Assembly (NCBI GenBank): GCA_043809315.1 | Contig: JAZDDX010000007.1 | Coordinates: 1 to 64,000, forward strand | Direction: 5' to 3' | Length of the DNA stretch: 64,000 bases | Source: Pseudomonadota bacterium | GTDB taxonomy: Bacteria > Bdellovibrionota_G > JALEGL01 > DATDPG01 | Shown here: piece after piece, positions 38,311-49,689 of the stretch | How positions within the stretch are numbered: the first letter of the stretch is position 1 | How the letters are laid out: every line of letters begins with the position of its first letter | The notes under the pieces: generated by a model | The model's input: only the letters and a program-made list of their open reading frames with translations | What the model was told of the DNA's origin: nothing | The model's database searches: none | Translations under genes and position numbers: made by a program

Positions 38311-38446
38311 GCTACCCACGGTTTTATCAGGACCACCCGAAAATGACACCTCAGCCGGACCCCGCCGAGCCGCCAGGTTCGCGGCGCCGGGGGCCGACCC
38401 CCGCCCCATTGCATTGCGTTACGAATGTGGTAAATCGACTTCTATT

Positions 38447-38947
38447 ATGACCTACTCTCGTACCCTTCTCGTGATTGCGATTCTCTCGATGGCCGGAACC
38501 GCGGCTGCCGCGGATTGCTCGTACCGGCTCCGCGCCGCCCCCGAAAAATTCTGGAGCCTCGATAACCGGAAGCACGACGCGCCGAACGATGCGCCTTGGA
38601 AGACCGAGAAGGACACGGGGCTTCTCGGCTGCATGAAGCTCGCTGCCGTAGATTACGCGGATAAACTCGGAACGAAGAAAGGCGATCTCACGATCGGCGC
38701 CATCGACTTCAAATGGGAGGGGGACAACGTCACTTGGACCGGCTGGATTCTCAAGAACACGGAGGGGCGGAGCAAGGCCGTGAAACCGTGTCTGACTACC
38801 GAGTTGCAGGGGATCCTCGACACCCTCTTCCAGTACTCCGAACAGACCGGCTACAGTGGGCTCGACTGCGCGGACTGGCTCAGCTGGGTTCAGACTTACA
38901 GCGGCATCGGCGACGTTCTGATCGAAATTACCGCCAAGCCGAAATAG
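38447..38947 (+). CDS. Hypothetical secreted protein
   Basis: Signal peptide MTYSRTLLVIAILSMAGTAAA; 4 Cys. Confidence 0.65.
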   Translation: MTYSRTLLVIAILSMAGTAAAADCSYRLRAAPEKFWSLDNRKHDAPNDAPWKTEKDTGLLGCMKLAAVDYADKLGTKKGDLTIGAIDFKWEGDNVTWTGWILKNTEGRSKAVKPCLTTELQGILDTLFQYSEQTGYSGLDCADWLSWVQTYSGIGDVLIEITAKPK

Positions 38948-38951
38948 ACGC

Positions 38952-40232
<1,281 letters not shown>

Positions 40233-43232
40233 TCACCACTCCTGTTCCAGCTTGCGGATGACTTCCTCGATATCCTCGCGTTCCTTCGATTGCGGATCGA
40301 GCTTCAGATATTTCCGGAACGCGAGAATCGCCGCTTTTTTCTGACTGATCTCCCGGTAGATGAAGCCGAGCAGCTTGTACGGCTTCGGGTTGTCCGGGTC
40401 GGCGGCCTGCGCCTGTTTGTAATACCTCATCGCCAGGTCCCGGTTCTGCCCCTCCTCCGCAAGGAGCCCCATCCCGACGAAAGCATCCGCGGCTCTCGGG
40501 TCGATCTTGATCGTTGCCTCGAAAAATTTCTTCGCCAGCTTCAGCTTCTCGTCGTTCCGGTACGACTCGGCCAGTTTCAGAAGAAGGGAGGCGTTCCGGG
40601 GATCGATCTTCCGCGCACGTTCGTAATACTCGGCGGCATTCCCGTACATGTTCTTGCCCGTATAAAAATCCCCCAGCGCCAGCATCGGGTCGATGAACTT
40701 CGGATCGAACTTGACCGCGTTCTCCATCGCCTTCTCGGCGTTCGGGAGGTCGTTCCGGTAGATGTGCGTGATCCCCAGGTGGTAGTAGGCCTCCGCGGCC
40801 TCCGGCCGGGTCGCCAGAGCTGCGTTCAGGGACTCGAGGCTTGCCTCGAGATCGCCGACCCCCCGCCAGGCGATCCCCAGATTGAACTTGGTCGGGTAAT
40901 ACCCCGCCTTGTACTTCGACGCCTCCTGAAGCTCGGCGATCGCCTCTTGAAACGCCCGCTGATCGATCAGGACTTCCGCAACTTTGGCCCTGGTAGCGTA
41001 GTCCTTGGGGCGCATCTCCAGGACCTTCCGATAGGTTTCCAGCGCTTTCGTGTACTCCTTTCGCTTGTGCTGGAGCTCTCCCAGAGCCACCTGCGTATCG
41101 ACGCGGGTCGGGTCGATCGCCAGCGCCTTCTGGAAATAACTGGAAGCCTGATCGATCTTTCCGATCGCCAGATATGTTTTTCCCAGGTTCGCAAGGACCG
41201 AGACGTTGTTCGGGTCTTCCTGCTCCCCGGCTTTGAACTCGGTCAAAGCTTCGTCCCATCTTCGGGTCGCGAGCAACACCGATCCCATCGCGTCGTGAGC
41301 CCGCACCGACTTGGGGGATAAGGCAAGCGCTGAGCGAAGCTGGGTCTGGGCCATGTTGAAGTTATCCTTTTCGGCGTACAATTCCCCCAGAACGATCATC
41401 GAATCGATATGCCGGGGGTCGGTCTTGAGCGCGTTCTCGAGTGAGGTGACCGCCTCGTCGACACGGCCCAATTTTCTCTGGGTAAGCGCCAGCTGGTACA
41501 GCGCCTCCACGCTTCCCGGGGCCTTCTCCACCGCTTTCGTCCCCTCGATCAGCCCCTCCTCTGGTTTCCCCGCTTCCCGCAACGCCCGTCCCAGGAACAT
41601 TATGTACTCCGGCGTGTCGGGAGAAAGAGAACAGATCCGGCTGAACTGCGCGGCTGCCTTGTCGAACTCGTTCCGTTCCAGGTAGAGCTGGCCGAGATGA
41701 AACCCGTTTGCATGGTTGACCGGGTCCTTTTCGATCGCCGCTTCCATCGCCGTGATCGCTCCGGCGATGTCTTTCGTCGCCTCGGCGATCTCCGCCAGAT
41801 AACGCCAGGCTCTCCCGAGATCGTAGTTCCCCAGGGTCGTTGATTTGGTCTTGACGAGCGCCTCCAGCCCGGCACGCGCTTCATCGACCTTTCCGCGGAT
41901 TGCGTACGTCAAACGCCAGAGTTCCACCTCGGACCTCGGGTGGGGCAGCGATCCGGAAACCAATCCCCGCAAGATCTCCTCCGCGGCATCCGCTTTCCCC
42001 TGCTGCAGATCAACCACCGCAAGGGAATATTTCGCTCTCGGGGCGGCCGGGTTCGCTTCGACCGCACGGCCGAACTCCTGCGCGGCGTTTTCCCAATCCC
42101 CTCGGGCGATCGCGATCTCCCCGAGCAGCGTGATCGTGTCGACATCTTTCGGATTGAGGGTCAGTGCCCTTCGGGCGAGTGACTCGGCCTGCGCCAGCTG
42201 ATTGAGCGACAGAGCCCCTCTAGCCCGGGCACGGACTGTCTCGAGGATCCCGGGATGGTACTGCTCGCTCTGTTTGAGGAGATTCTCCGCCCGTTTTCTC
42301 GATTCAGTGTCGAGCGACTTGTCCCGCATCAGGAAGAGCGTCTCCGCGAGCCGGGCATCGGTCGGGCTGTTCCGCGGATCGGTCTTCAGGATCTCCTCGA
42401 ACTCCGAGACCGCTTTTCGGTAGTCTTCCTGGCGATCGGTGACGAGAAACGCCGAGGCCGCGACATATTTCTGGTTCAATTGTTCGAGCACGCGCGCGTT
42501 GGGGGGTTCGTATCCGTCCGCCGCCTTCTGGCTGAACTTGAAGCCGAAGAACCCCGCCGGCGTGAACCGCGCCATCACGACGGCGGCCAGCGCGATCACA
42601 CCGATCGCCGCCGGAACCGCGACTTTGACCGCTTTCGGCAGCTTGAACTTCCGTTGTTTGTATTCGATCCCCAGACCCGATTCGAGGGCCTCGCCGCTTT
42701 CCGCCGCCTCTTCTTCGGAGACCATGGGACCTTTTCCCGACACTTCGGCGAAGAGATCCTCCAGATCCTGGGCCGGCTGGCTCGGCGTCGTCACGGGGGA
42801 AGGGGACCGCTCGACGCGAGGAGGTGGAGGTGGCGCGGCTTTCGTCACCGGCTGGGCCGGGGCAGCCGGTCTCGGCGGCGTCTTCGGTTTGGCGGCGTCT
42901 TCGGTCTCTTCCGGCAGGAAATCGTCGAACAGATCCTCGATCGTCTGTTCCTTAGGGGCAGGAGGTGGGGCCGCCTTTGTCTCGGGAGGCGGGGAGATGG
43001 CCGGTTCGGACGGAGGGGCCGAAGCCTCCGGAGTCGGGGCTTTCGTGGCTTCGTCGAAGAGGGCGTCGAAATCTCCGAGAAGCTTGTCGTCCGTTTTTGG
43101 ATCCGCCGCGATCGGTTCCGTCGGGATCGGTTTTCCCGGCTTCGGTTTCGGTTCCGTTTTCTTGTCCTGCTGGGACGGAGTCGGATTCCCCTTGTCGTCT
43201 TCGAGCTCAAAAAACTCGTCGAAATCGCCCAT
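40233..43232 (-). CDS. Membrane-anchored TPR-repeat protein with acidic Pro-rich N-terminus
   Basis: Low-complexity N-terminus, one TM helix, many TPR repeats. Confidence 0.85.
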   Translation of the reverse strand: MGDFDEFFELEDDKGNPTPSQQDKKTEPKPKPGKPIPTEPIAADPKTDDKLLGDFDALFDEATKAPTPEASAPPSEPAISPPPETKAAPPPAPKEQTIEDLFDDFLPEETEDAAKPKTPPRPAAPAQPVTKAAPPPPPRVERSPSPVTTPSQPAQDLEDLFAEVSGKGPMVSEEEAAESGEALESGLGIEYKQRKFKLPKAVKVAVPAAIGVIALAAVVMARFTPAGFFGFKFSQKAADGYEPPNARVLEQLNQKYVAASAFLVTDRQEDYRKAVSEFEEILKTDPRNSPTDARLAETLFLMRDKSLDTESRKRAENLLKQSEQYHPGILETVRARARGALSLNQLAQAESLARRALTLNPKDVDTITLLGEIAIARGDWENAAQEFGRAVEANPAAPRAKYSLAVVDLQQGKADAAEEILRGLVSGSLPHPRSEVELWRLTYAIRGKVDEARAGLEALVKTKSTTLGNYDLGRAWRYLAEIAEATKDIAGAITAMEAAIEKDPVNHANGFHLGQLYLERNEFDKAAAQFSRICSLSPDTPEYIMFLGRALREAGKPEEGLIEGTKAVEKAPGSVEALYQLALTQRKLGRVDEAVTSLENALKTDPRHIDSMIVLGELYAEKDNFNMAQTQLRSALALSPKSVRAHDAMGSVLLATRRWDEALTEFKAGEQEDPNNVSVLANLGKTYLAIGKIDQASSYFQKALAIDPTRVDTQVALGELQHKRKEYTKALETYRKVLEMRPKDYATRAKVAEVLIDQRAFQEAIAELQEASKYKAGYYPTKFNLGIAWRGVGDLEASLESLNAALATRPEAAEAYYHLGITHIYRNDLPNAEKAMENAVKFDPKFIDPMLALGDFYTGKNMYGNAAEYYERARKIDPRNASLLLKLAESYRNDEKLKLAKKFFEATIKIDPRAADAFVGMGLLAEEGQNRDLAMRYYKQAQAADPDNPKPYKLLGFIYREISQKKAAILAFRKYLKLDPQSKEREDIEEVIRKLEQEW

Positions 43233-43252
43233 GATTCGGAAAGTTATCCCTC

Positions 43253-44122
43253 CTAGAAGTAGAGCTCAACGTTTGCTGCGTATACTTCGCTCGTCGGGTT
43301 GAGACGCTCCGAGAACGCGAAGACCAGCGACACTTTCGGACCGACCAACGCCGCACCGACCGCGTAAAAGTTGTTGTCGCGCACACGGTCGAGACCGAAT
43401 CCGCCACGCAGGAAAACCCCCTCCGTCGCTCGCAGTTCAGCGCCAAAATAGCCGTTCATCCCGTTCGCCCGGTCGGTGGCGAAATCTTTCTCCAGGTCGA
43501 TCGCCAGGCGCGCGTAGGGCGGAAGCGTGAGCCCGATCCCAACGCCGAGAATCGTCGGAAACTCCTTCCGATTCCCGCCCTGGATCACGTTCTGCCCGGT
43601 CAACGCAAAGGAGACCATCGGGATCGGCTTGATCAGCAGGCCGAGATCGCCGTCGATTCCGCTGGGACTGTCCTGGAACGCGGAGTTGACGCTCGTGAAG
43701 TACCCCTTGGTGGTCGCGCCGATGAAGAGAAGATCGTCGAAGGTCATCGCCGCCCCAAGTGTGACCTGCTGAACCGTCGTGCCGATCCCTCCGATCGTCG
43801 GGTTGTCGCGGTCGTACGAAACCCCGACCGCCATCCCCGGAATCGCCTGCCCGTCGACCACCGAGGCACCAATCACGGTCGAATGGGTCACTCCCACATG
43901 CGCGTATTCCCCTCCCATCCCGACGGTCCCCTGCCGTTGCGCCATTCCGGCCGGGTTATAGAGGATCGCCGCGTTCCCATCGGCCAGTGCCCGATACGCG
44001 CCGGCAAAGCTCAGCTGGATCCCCTTGAGCATAATGCCGCGAGTCCAGTCGACGGTCTGGGGAGTCTGCGCCGAAGAGAGGGCCGGAACCAAGAGAAGGA
44101 GGAGAAGAACCGAACGTCGCAA
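43253..44122 (-). CDS. Outer-membrane beta-barrel protein (PorV/FadL-like)
   Basis: GAY.ALADG.AAILYNPAGM; FLRGG; C-terminal YF. Confidence 0.7.
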   Translation of the reverse strand: MRRSVLLLLLLVPALSSAQTPQTVDWTRGIMLKGIQLSFAGAYRALADGNAAILYNPAGMAQRQGTVGMGGEYAHVGVTHSTVIGASVVDGQAIPGMAVGVSYDRDNPTIGGIGTTVQQVTLGAAMTFDDLLFIGATTKGYFTSVNSAFQDSPSGIDGDLGLLIKPIPMVSFALTGQNVIQGGNRKEFPTILGVGIGLTLPPYARLAIDLEKDFATDRANGMNGYFGAELRATEGVFLRGGFGLDRVRDNNFYAVGAALVGPKVSLVFAFSERLNPTSEVYAANVELYF

Positions 44123-44123
44123 A

Positions 44124-44912
44124 TCAGTTCCCCGAGAGGAGTTCCGCACAGGCGCCCGCCAACTCCCGCATCTCCTTCTGGGCATCCCCTGTGGCGGGAA
44201 TCCGCTTCGTTTTCTCCAGAACGAACGTATTCCGGTCTTTTCCCAGGAACTTGATCTGGAAGAAGCGGTTCGCTCCGACGGGGCTCGACACCTTCCCGAC
44301 GAACAATCCATCCAGGCGATTCGCCTGAATCACTTTTCGGATGCTTTCGGGCGACTCGATCGTGGCTCCGCCCGCCGCGACCCCCCCGATCACCTTGAAC
44401 TTGCCGGCGGTCTGGATCGCCGACGAGAAGGCCGAAAACAACCCCTGCCCGAACGTGTCGCGAGGATCGGACCCGAAAAACGGAAGAACTGCGATCCGCG
44501 TGTATTTCACATGGCGCTTCGACGGTGGGGAATAGACCGTCTGCTCCGCGATCTGTGATTCGGTCGTCCCGGAAGCACCCGCGCCACCGCTCACTTCGTG
44601 ATACTCCCGATACCGCTGGACGTTCTTGCTCTCGATCCAGCCGATTCCGGCGTCGTCGCCGGCCGCTCGTGAGATCCGGACCCACCCTTTCTTCTTCGTC
44701 TTCGGGTGGGTGATGATGAAGATCTTATCCCCGACCCCGAGGCGGTCGGCGAGGAGCGAGCCGTCGTCGGCGGTGATATCGACGTTCGGCGCCGTGATCA
44801 ATCCGGGAACCACATCCGGTTCCTCCTGGGCCCCGGCGGTCGGAATCACCGCCAGCGTCAGAAGAGCGGTCACCCCGAGGACAAAGGATACGGTTCGAAT
44901 CATTCTTTCCAT
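44124..44912 (-). CDS. Hypothetical secreted protein (SH3-like + alpha/beta domain)
   Basis: Signal peptide; GWVRI...GWI; RIAVLPF. Confidence 0.6.
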   Translation of the reverse strand: MERMIRTVSFVLGVTALLTLAVIPTAGAQEEPDVVPGLITAPNVDITADDGSLLADRLGVGDKIFIITHPKTKKKGWVRISRAAGDDAGIGWIESKNVQRYREYHEVSGGAGASGTTESQIAEQTVYSPPSKRHVKYTRIAVLPFFGSDPRDTFGQGLFSAFSSAIQTAGKFKVIGGVAAGGATIESPESIRKVIQANRLDGLFVGKVSSPVGANRFFQIKFLGKDRNTFVLEKTKRIPATGDAQKEMRELAGACAELLSGN

Positions 44913-45307
44913 TCCAACGTCTCCCCGGCTTTCATTTGATGGGACACGAGCACGTCTTTGATGAACTCGGCATCGTACGGAACGTCGCGACCGAGAACCC
45001 GCCGGTGACATTTGTCACACGTGAGAGCGATATACGCGGGCTGTTGCGGCGCCCGGACCATCTCGAAGTGCCCTTCCTCCAAGTCTTCCGCCCACGGATT
45101 TCCCCGGTGGCAGGTGTCACACCGGTAGTTGTGATTCCGCGCAATCGGTTTCTGATAGATGTGGCAGGGGAGACAGACCCGCTCGCTCCCCCAGAGTTTT
45201 TCCGCTTTGTCTTTGTCTCCCGTCGGTCCCGCTTTGCTGCACGAGAAAACGAGCGCGCTTCCGGCCACGAACGCAAAAACCACAAGCCATCTGTTTCTTC
45301 CCGACAT
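44900..45307 (-). CDS. Small triheme cytochrome c lipoprotein
   Basis: Three CxxCH motifs (CLPCH, CDTCH, CDKCH); lipobox FSC. Confidence 0.8.
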   Translation of the reverse strand: MSGRNRWLVVFAFVAGSALVFSCSKAGPTGDKDKAEKLWGSERVCLPCHIYQKPIARNHNYRCDTCHRGNPWAEDLEEGHFEMVRAPQQPAYIALTCDKCHRRVLGRDVPYDAEFIKDVLVSHQMKAGETLEWKE

Positions 45308-45416
45308 GATGAACGCTAACCCTCCGGGTTGACGGGGGAAAGCTTAACAAATCCAGTGGAAAGATGCCCAACGAAAAAGTCGGCGCGTGATATACTTCCG
45401 ATCCGTACCCATTCGC

Positions 45417-47030
45417 ATGGAGCCGCACGAAACGACGTACCCATGCCCGCACTGCGCGGAAGCGATCCAGCGCCAGGCGGTGAGCTGCCGGTTTTGCGGG
45501 AGGGACGTCGTCTGGAACGTCTCGATCTCGCGCAAACCGCCACCCGCCTCCTTGCCCGCCGTCTTGAAGGAGCTGTTCGAGCGGATGGGAAAGAAGCGGT
45601 TCCCCAGCTACGGCTCGATGCGGAAGATCGCCGAGCTTCCGGATCACGTCCTCCTGACCGGCCTGAGCCGCGAAGAGGCGGAAACCGCGGGAACGATCCT
45701 CTCCGCAGGCGGAGGGGGGGCCCGCCTCGACCTCGACCGGACCGAGTTCATCACCCCCCCCGAGCCGCCGAAGAAAAAGCGCCCTGCGGTGCAGTTCCTC
45801 ATCGCGGCAGCCGCCCTGATCTCCTGCGCGGCGTTCTTCTTTCTTCGGAAACCACCGGTGATCCCCTCTTCCCCTCCGCCCGTCCGAGAAGTGCCAGTCA
45901 TCCTCGAACCTCTCGTTCCCACAAAAGAGGAACCCAGCGTGCCCCCTTCGGCCAAAGAGGATGTCCAGAAGCATCTGAAGTCGCTCATCGAGGCGACCGC
46001 CACGCTTTCGGGAAACGGCGTGACCGGGTCGGCGTTCTTCATTTCGTCCAGCGGGTATCTCATCACCAACAACCACGTGACCGAGCGGATGCGGAACATC
46101 TCGGTGCAAACCTCGGATGGGGTGACAAGACCCGGCCAGCTCGTCCGCTCCGATCCCCGCCTCGACCTCGCCCTCGTCAAAGCGGACGGGGGCCCCTACG
46201 CCGTCCTGAAGCTCGGCGACGCAACGGTCCTGGAACAAGGGGAAACGGTCTGGACGATCGGAGCCCCGCACGGCCTCTCGTTCACCGTGACCCGCGGGAT
46301 CGCCAGCTTCATCGGACGAAACGTGAACGGCCGGGCTTTCATCCAGGCCGACGTTGCGATCAACCCCGGGAACTCCGGAGGTCCGATGATCAACGAACGG
46401 GGAGAGGTGGTCGGGATCAACAACTTCATCGTCTCGAACGCCGTGGGTCTGAACTTCGCGATCCCGATCAATTACATCCACATGGGGTCCGATTCGATCG
46501 CGAACGACATCATCCCGATCCAGCCGGATAACGCCGTGATGGCGAAGTGGCGATCGTACACGAACGGGGATTCGAGAGCATCCGCGCAAGCCCGGACGGC
46601 GGACGAGCCGGTGACCGACGAGCTCCAACGTCTGGTGCAACGGTCGAGCGAACTCCAAACACAATTCAATCAGAAGAAGAGTCAAAGGGAGAAGACGATC
46701 GCCCGCTTTCAATCCCAGTTGACGGAGCAACAACAACGCTACCAAGGGGGGGGAGAGACGATCTCCCAGGAGACCGCCCGCGGCGCCCAGGTTCGAAACC
46801 TGACCCAGCAGCTGCTGAAGGAGCAGATCGCCCTGGCGGACGAGATGCTCGAGTATTGCGGCCAGCAGGAATCTCTTCTAACCGAGATCCGGAACTCGGC
46901 TGGCGGGGATCCGCTCTCCGAACAGGCATCGGCCCAGATCGGCAAGATCCGAGAGCTCCGTACCGCGACGGAAAGTTCCAAGAACAAGATCCTGTCCGAT
47001 CTCCGGGACACGCAGGAGCAGATGTACTGA
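45417..47030 (+). CDS. Zinc-ribbon + TM + trypsin-like (S1C) protease + coiled coil
   Basis: CPHC..CRFC; ITNNHV, DLAL, INPGNSGGP; no PDZ domain. Confidence 0.85.
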   Translation: MEPHETTYPCPHCAEAIQRQAVSCRFCGRDVVWNVSISRKPPPASLPAVLKELFERMGKKRFPSYGSMRKIAELPDHVLLTGLSREEAETAGTILSAGGGGARLDLDRTEFITPPEPPKKKRPAVQFLIAAAALISCAAFFFLRKPPVIPSSPPPVREVPVILEPLVPTKEEPSVPPSAKEDVQKHLKSLIEATATLSGNGVTGSAFFISSSGYLITNNHVTERMRNISVQTSDGVTRPGQLVRSDPRLDLALVKADGGPYAVLKLGDATVLEQGETVWTIGAPHGLSFTVTRGIASFIGRNVNGRAFIQADVAINPGNSGGPMINERGEVVGINNFIVSNAVGLNFAIPINYIHMGSDSIANDIIPIQPDNAVMAKWRSYTNGDSRASAQARTADEPVTDELQRLVQRSSELQTQFNQKKSQREKTIARFQSQLTEQQQRYQGGGETISQETARGAQVRNLTQQLLKEQIALADEMLEYCGQQESLLTEIRNSAGGDPLSEQASAQIGKIRELRTATESSKNKILSDLRDTQEQMY

Positions 47031-47032
47031 AG

Positions 47033-47665
47033 ATGCCGAGAAGGAAACGTAAAGAGGTTGAAAAGAGCGTGTTTCACACGCTCCAAGGGTTCGCGAAGAC
47101 ATTGGAGGCCAAGGACCAGTACACCGCGGGACACTCCGGTCGCGTGGTGCTCTACACGTCGATGATCCTGGACGGACTTGGCCTCAAAGGGATGGATCGG
47201 GACCTTCTTCTCGAAGGGGCCGCGATGCACGACATCGGCAAGCTCTGCCTCGACCTCTCGGTCTTGAACTCGCCCAAACCGCTCAACCCGGAGCAGGTGG
47301 AACTGTTCCGTTCCCACCCGGTCCGCGGCCGCGAAATCCTGGAGCCGATCACGTTCCTGAACGATCTGATCCCGATCGTCTACTCCCACCACGAGTATTT
47401 CGACGGAAGCGGCTATCCGGAAGGGTTGAAGGGGGAAGAGATCCCGCTGGAAGCCCGCGTGGTCGCGGTGGCAGACAGCTACGACGCGATGACCAGCGCC
47501 CGCTCCTATCGCCGGGCGATGAAACACGTAACGGCGGTCCGGGAATTGACCCAGGGGAGCGGAACTCAGTTCGACCCGGAGATCGTGACCGTCTTCCTCG
47601 CCCAGATCGAGGGCTACCTCCATGACAGCGAGATTTCCAGGCTCTTGAACCACATCCCGACATAG
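47033..47665 (+). CDS. HD-GYP domain phosphodiesterase
   Basis: KDQYTAGHS.RV, HDIGK, HHE.FDGSGYP, VADSYDAMTS. Confidence 0.9.
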   Translation: MPRRKRKEVEKSVFHTLQGFAKTLEAKDQYTAGHSGRVVLYTSMILDGLGLKGMDRDLLLEGAAMHDIGKLCLDLSVLNSPKPLNPEQVELFRSHPVRGREILEPITFLNDLIPIVYSHHEYFDGSGYPEGLKGEEIPLEARVVAVADSYDAMTSARSYRRAMKHVTAVRELTQGSGTQFDPEIVTVFLAQIEGYLHDSEISRLLNHIPT

Positions 47666-47700
47666 TTGCAACCGTACCGACGCATCATTAGAGTCGCGGC

Positions 47701-49056
47701 GTGGTCCGTTCCCGTTCCCAGTTCGTCTGCCAACAGTGCGGCTCCACCTCCGCCAAGTGGTACGGTAAGTGTCCCGAGTGCCAGGCGTGGAACAGTTTCG
47801 TCGAGGAGGTGGTTTCGTTCACCCCCTCCAAGGGGAACAACCGCTCGGTCTCGGGCGACACCCATCCCATGCGCCTGAACGAAATCAACGACGAGCGGAT
47901 CCCGCGGATCGCGCTCCCGTTCCCGGAACTGAACCGCGTTCTCGGGAACGGACTCACTCGCGGATCGGTGGCGCTTTTGGCCGGCGACCCCGGAATCGGG
48001 AAGTCGACGCTTCTCCTCCAATTGCTCGGGGAGTTGGGACGGAAGGAGGGCCCGCCCCTTCTCTACGTCTCGGGGGAGGAATCGGCCCGGCAACTCCGCC
48101 TCCGATCGGAACGTCTCGGCATCGACGGAAGTAGGATCTTCGTTCTCGCCGAGACCGATCTCTCGGAGATCCTGGGACGGATCGAGGAACTCAAGCCGGA
48201 GATCGTCGTCATCGATTCCGTGCAGACGCTCTATTGGCCGGAGCTCGACTCGGTGCCGGGAAGCGTGAGCCAAGTGAAGGAGGTTGCCGATCGGTTGATC
48301 CGTCTGGCGAAACAGCGAGACTTCACGGTCTTCTTGGTCGGGCACGTGACGAAGGATGGGAGCATCGCAGGACCGATGGCGCTCGAGCATCTGGTCGATA
48401 CCGTCCTCTACTTCGAAGGGGAGCGGGGACAGCCGTACCGGATCCTGCGCGCCGCGAAGAACCGCTTCGGACCAACCGACGAGATCGCGGTGTACGACAT
48501 GCACGAGGAGGGGCTCAAAGAGGTCTTGAACCCCTCCGAGCTCTTCCTGCGGGACCGTCCGATCGCCACCCCGGGGACCGTCGTCTTCCCCGCGATGGAG
48601 GGATCGCGCCCGCTCCTCGTCGAGATCCAGGGGTTGGCGACCCGGAGTTCGTACGGTGTCCCGCTCCGAGCTTCCGTCGGATTTGACAAAAACCGTCTCA
48701 CGATGCTGCTGGCGGTACTCGAGAAGCGGGCCGGCCTTCATCTCTCGGGGGAGGATGTCTACGTCAACGTCGTGGGGGGGGTCCGGATCACCGAGCCGGC
48801 GGCCGATCTCGCGGTTGTTGCTGCGGTGGTCAGCTCTTTCCTCGGCAAGGTCTTCCCGAACGACTCGGTGATCTTCGGTGAGGTGGGGCTCGCGGGAGAG
48901 ATCCGCGGAACCAGCCGTTTCGAACTCCGGATGAAAGAAGCCTTGAAGCTCGGCTTCCGCTCCGCATTCGCGCCATCGACATCGGAAGCCCGGGGAGGCT
49001 CTCTGCGACTTGTTCCGGTCAAGTCGGTCGGCGAACTCGTTGACTCCCTCCGATAA
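47701..49056 (+). CDS. radA: DNA repair protein RadA
   Basis: C4 zinc finger, GDPGIGKST, KNRFG, GEVGLAGE. Confidence 0.97.
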   Translation: MVRSRSQFVCQQCGSTSAKWYGKCPECQAWNSFVEEVVSFTPSKGNNRSVSGDTHPMRLNEINDERIPRIALPFPELNRVLGNGLTRGSVALLAGDPGIGKSTLLLQLLGELGRKEGPPLLYVSGEESARQLRLRSERLGIDGSRIFVLAETDLSEILGRIEELKPEIVVIDSVQTLYWPELDSVPGSVSQVKEVADRLIRLAKQRDFTVFLVGHVTKDGSIAGPMALEHLVDTVLYFEGERGQPYRILRAAKNRFGPTDEIAVYDMHEEGLKEVLNPSELFLRDRPIATPGTVVFPAMEGSRPLLVEIQGLATRSSYGVPLRASVGFDKNRLTMLLAVLEKRAGLHLSGEDVYVNVVGGVRITEPAADLAVVAAVVSSFLGKVFPNDSVIFGEVGLAGEIRGTSRFELRMKEALKLGFRSAFAPSTSEARGGSLRLVPVKSVGELVDSLR

Positions 49057-49089
49057 CGGGGCAAGATAGACGCAACCTAGGGAGGATTT

Positions 49090-49683
49090 ATGCTCTACGT
49101 CGTCCTCATTCTTTTGGGTCTCTTCGTCGTCGCCATCCTCTATGTCGTCGGGATCTACAACCGGCTCGTGAGCCTCCGAAACCAGTTCAAGAACGCCTTC
49201 TCCCAGATCGATGTTCAGCTCCGTCGCCGGTACGACCTGATCCCGAACCTCGTCGAAACAGCGAAGGGGTACATCAAGCACGAACGCCAAACGCTTGAAG
49301 CGGTAATCTCGGCTCGGAACAGCGCCGTGACCGCCAACCAGAAGGTGGGGGCCAACCCGGCCGACGCTTCGGCGGTCAAGGGGCTTCTCGGCGCCGAGAC
49401 CGTTCTCTCCGGGGCGTTGACCCGCTTCTTCGCCCTCGCCGAAGCGTACCCCGATCTCAAAGCGAACCAAACGATGATGCAGCTCTCCGAGGAACTCACG
49501 TCGACCGAGAACAAGGTGGCGTTCGCCCGGCAGGTATATAATGATGCCGTGATGTCGTACAACACGGCGATCGAGATGTTCCCGAACGTCCTGATCGCGG
49601 GGCCGTTCCAGTTCGGCGCGGCGCAGGCATTCGAGATCCAGAACGAGGCGGAGCGAGTCGCCCCCAAGGTTTCGTTCGGATAA
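49090..49683 (+). CDS. lemA: LemA family protein
   Basis: IDVQLRRRYDLIPNLV, EAYPDLKAN. Confidence 0.95.
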   Translation: MLYVVLILLGLFVVAILYVVGIYNRLVSLRNQFKNAFSQIDVQLRRRYDLIPNLVETAKGYIKHERQTLEAVISARNSAVTANQKVGANPADASAVKGLLGAETVLSGALTRFFALAEAYPDLKANQTMMQLSEELTSTENKVAFARQVYNDAVMSYNTAIEMFPNVLIAGPFQFGAAQAFEIQNEAERVAPKVSFG

Positions 49684-49689
49684 GCCGGC

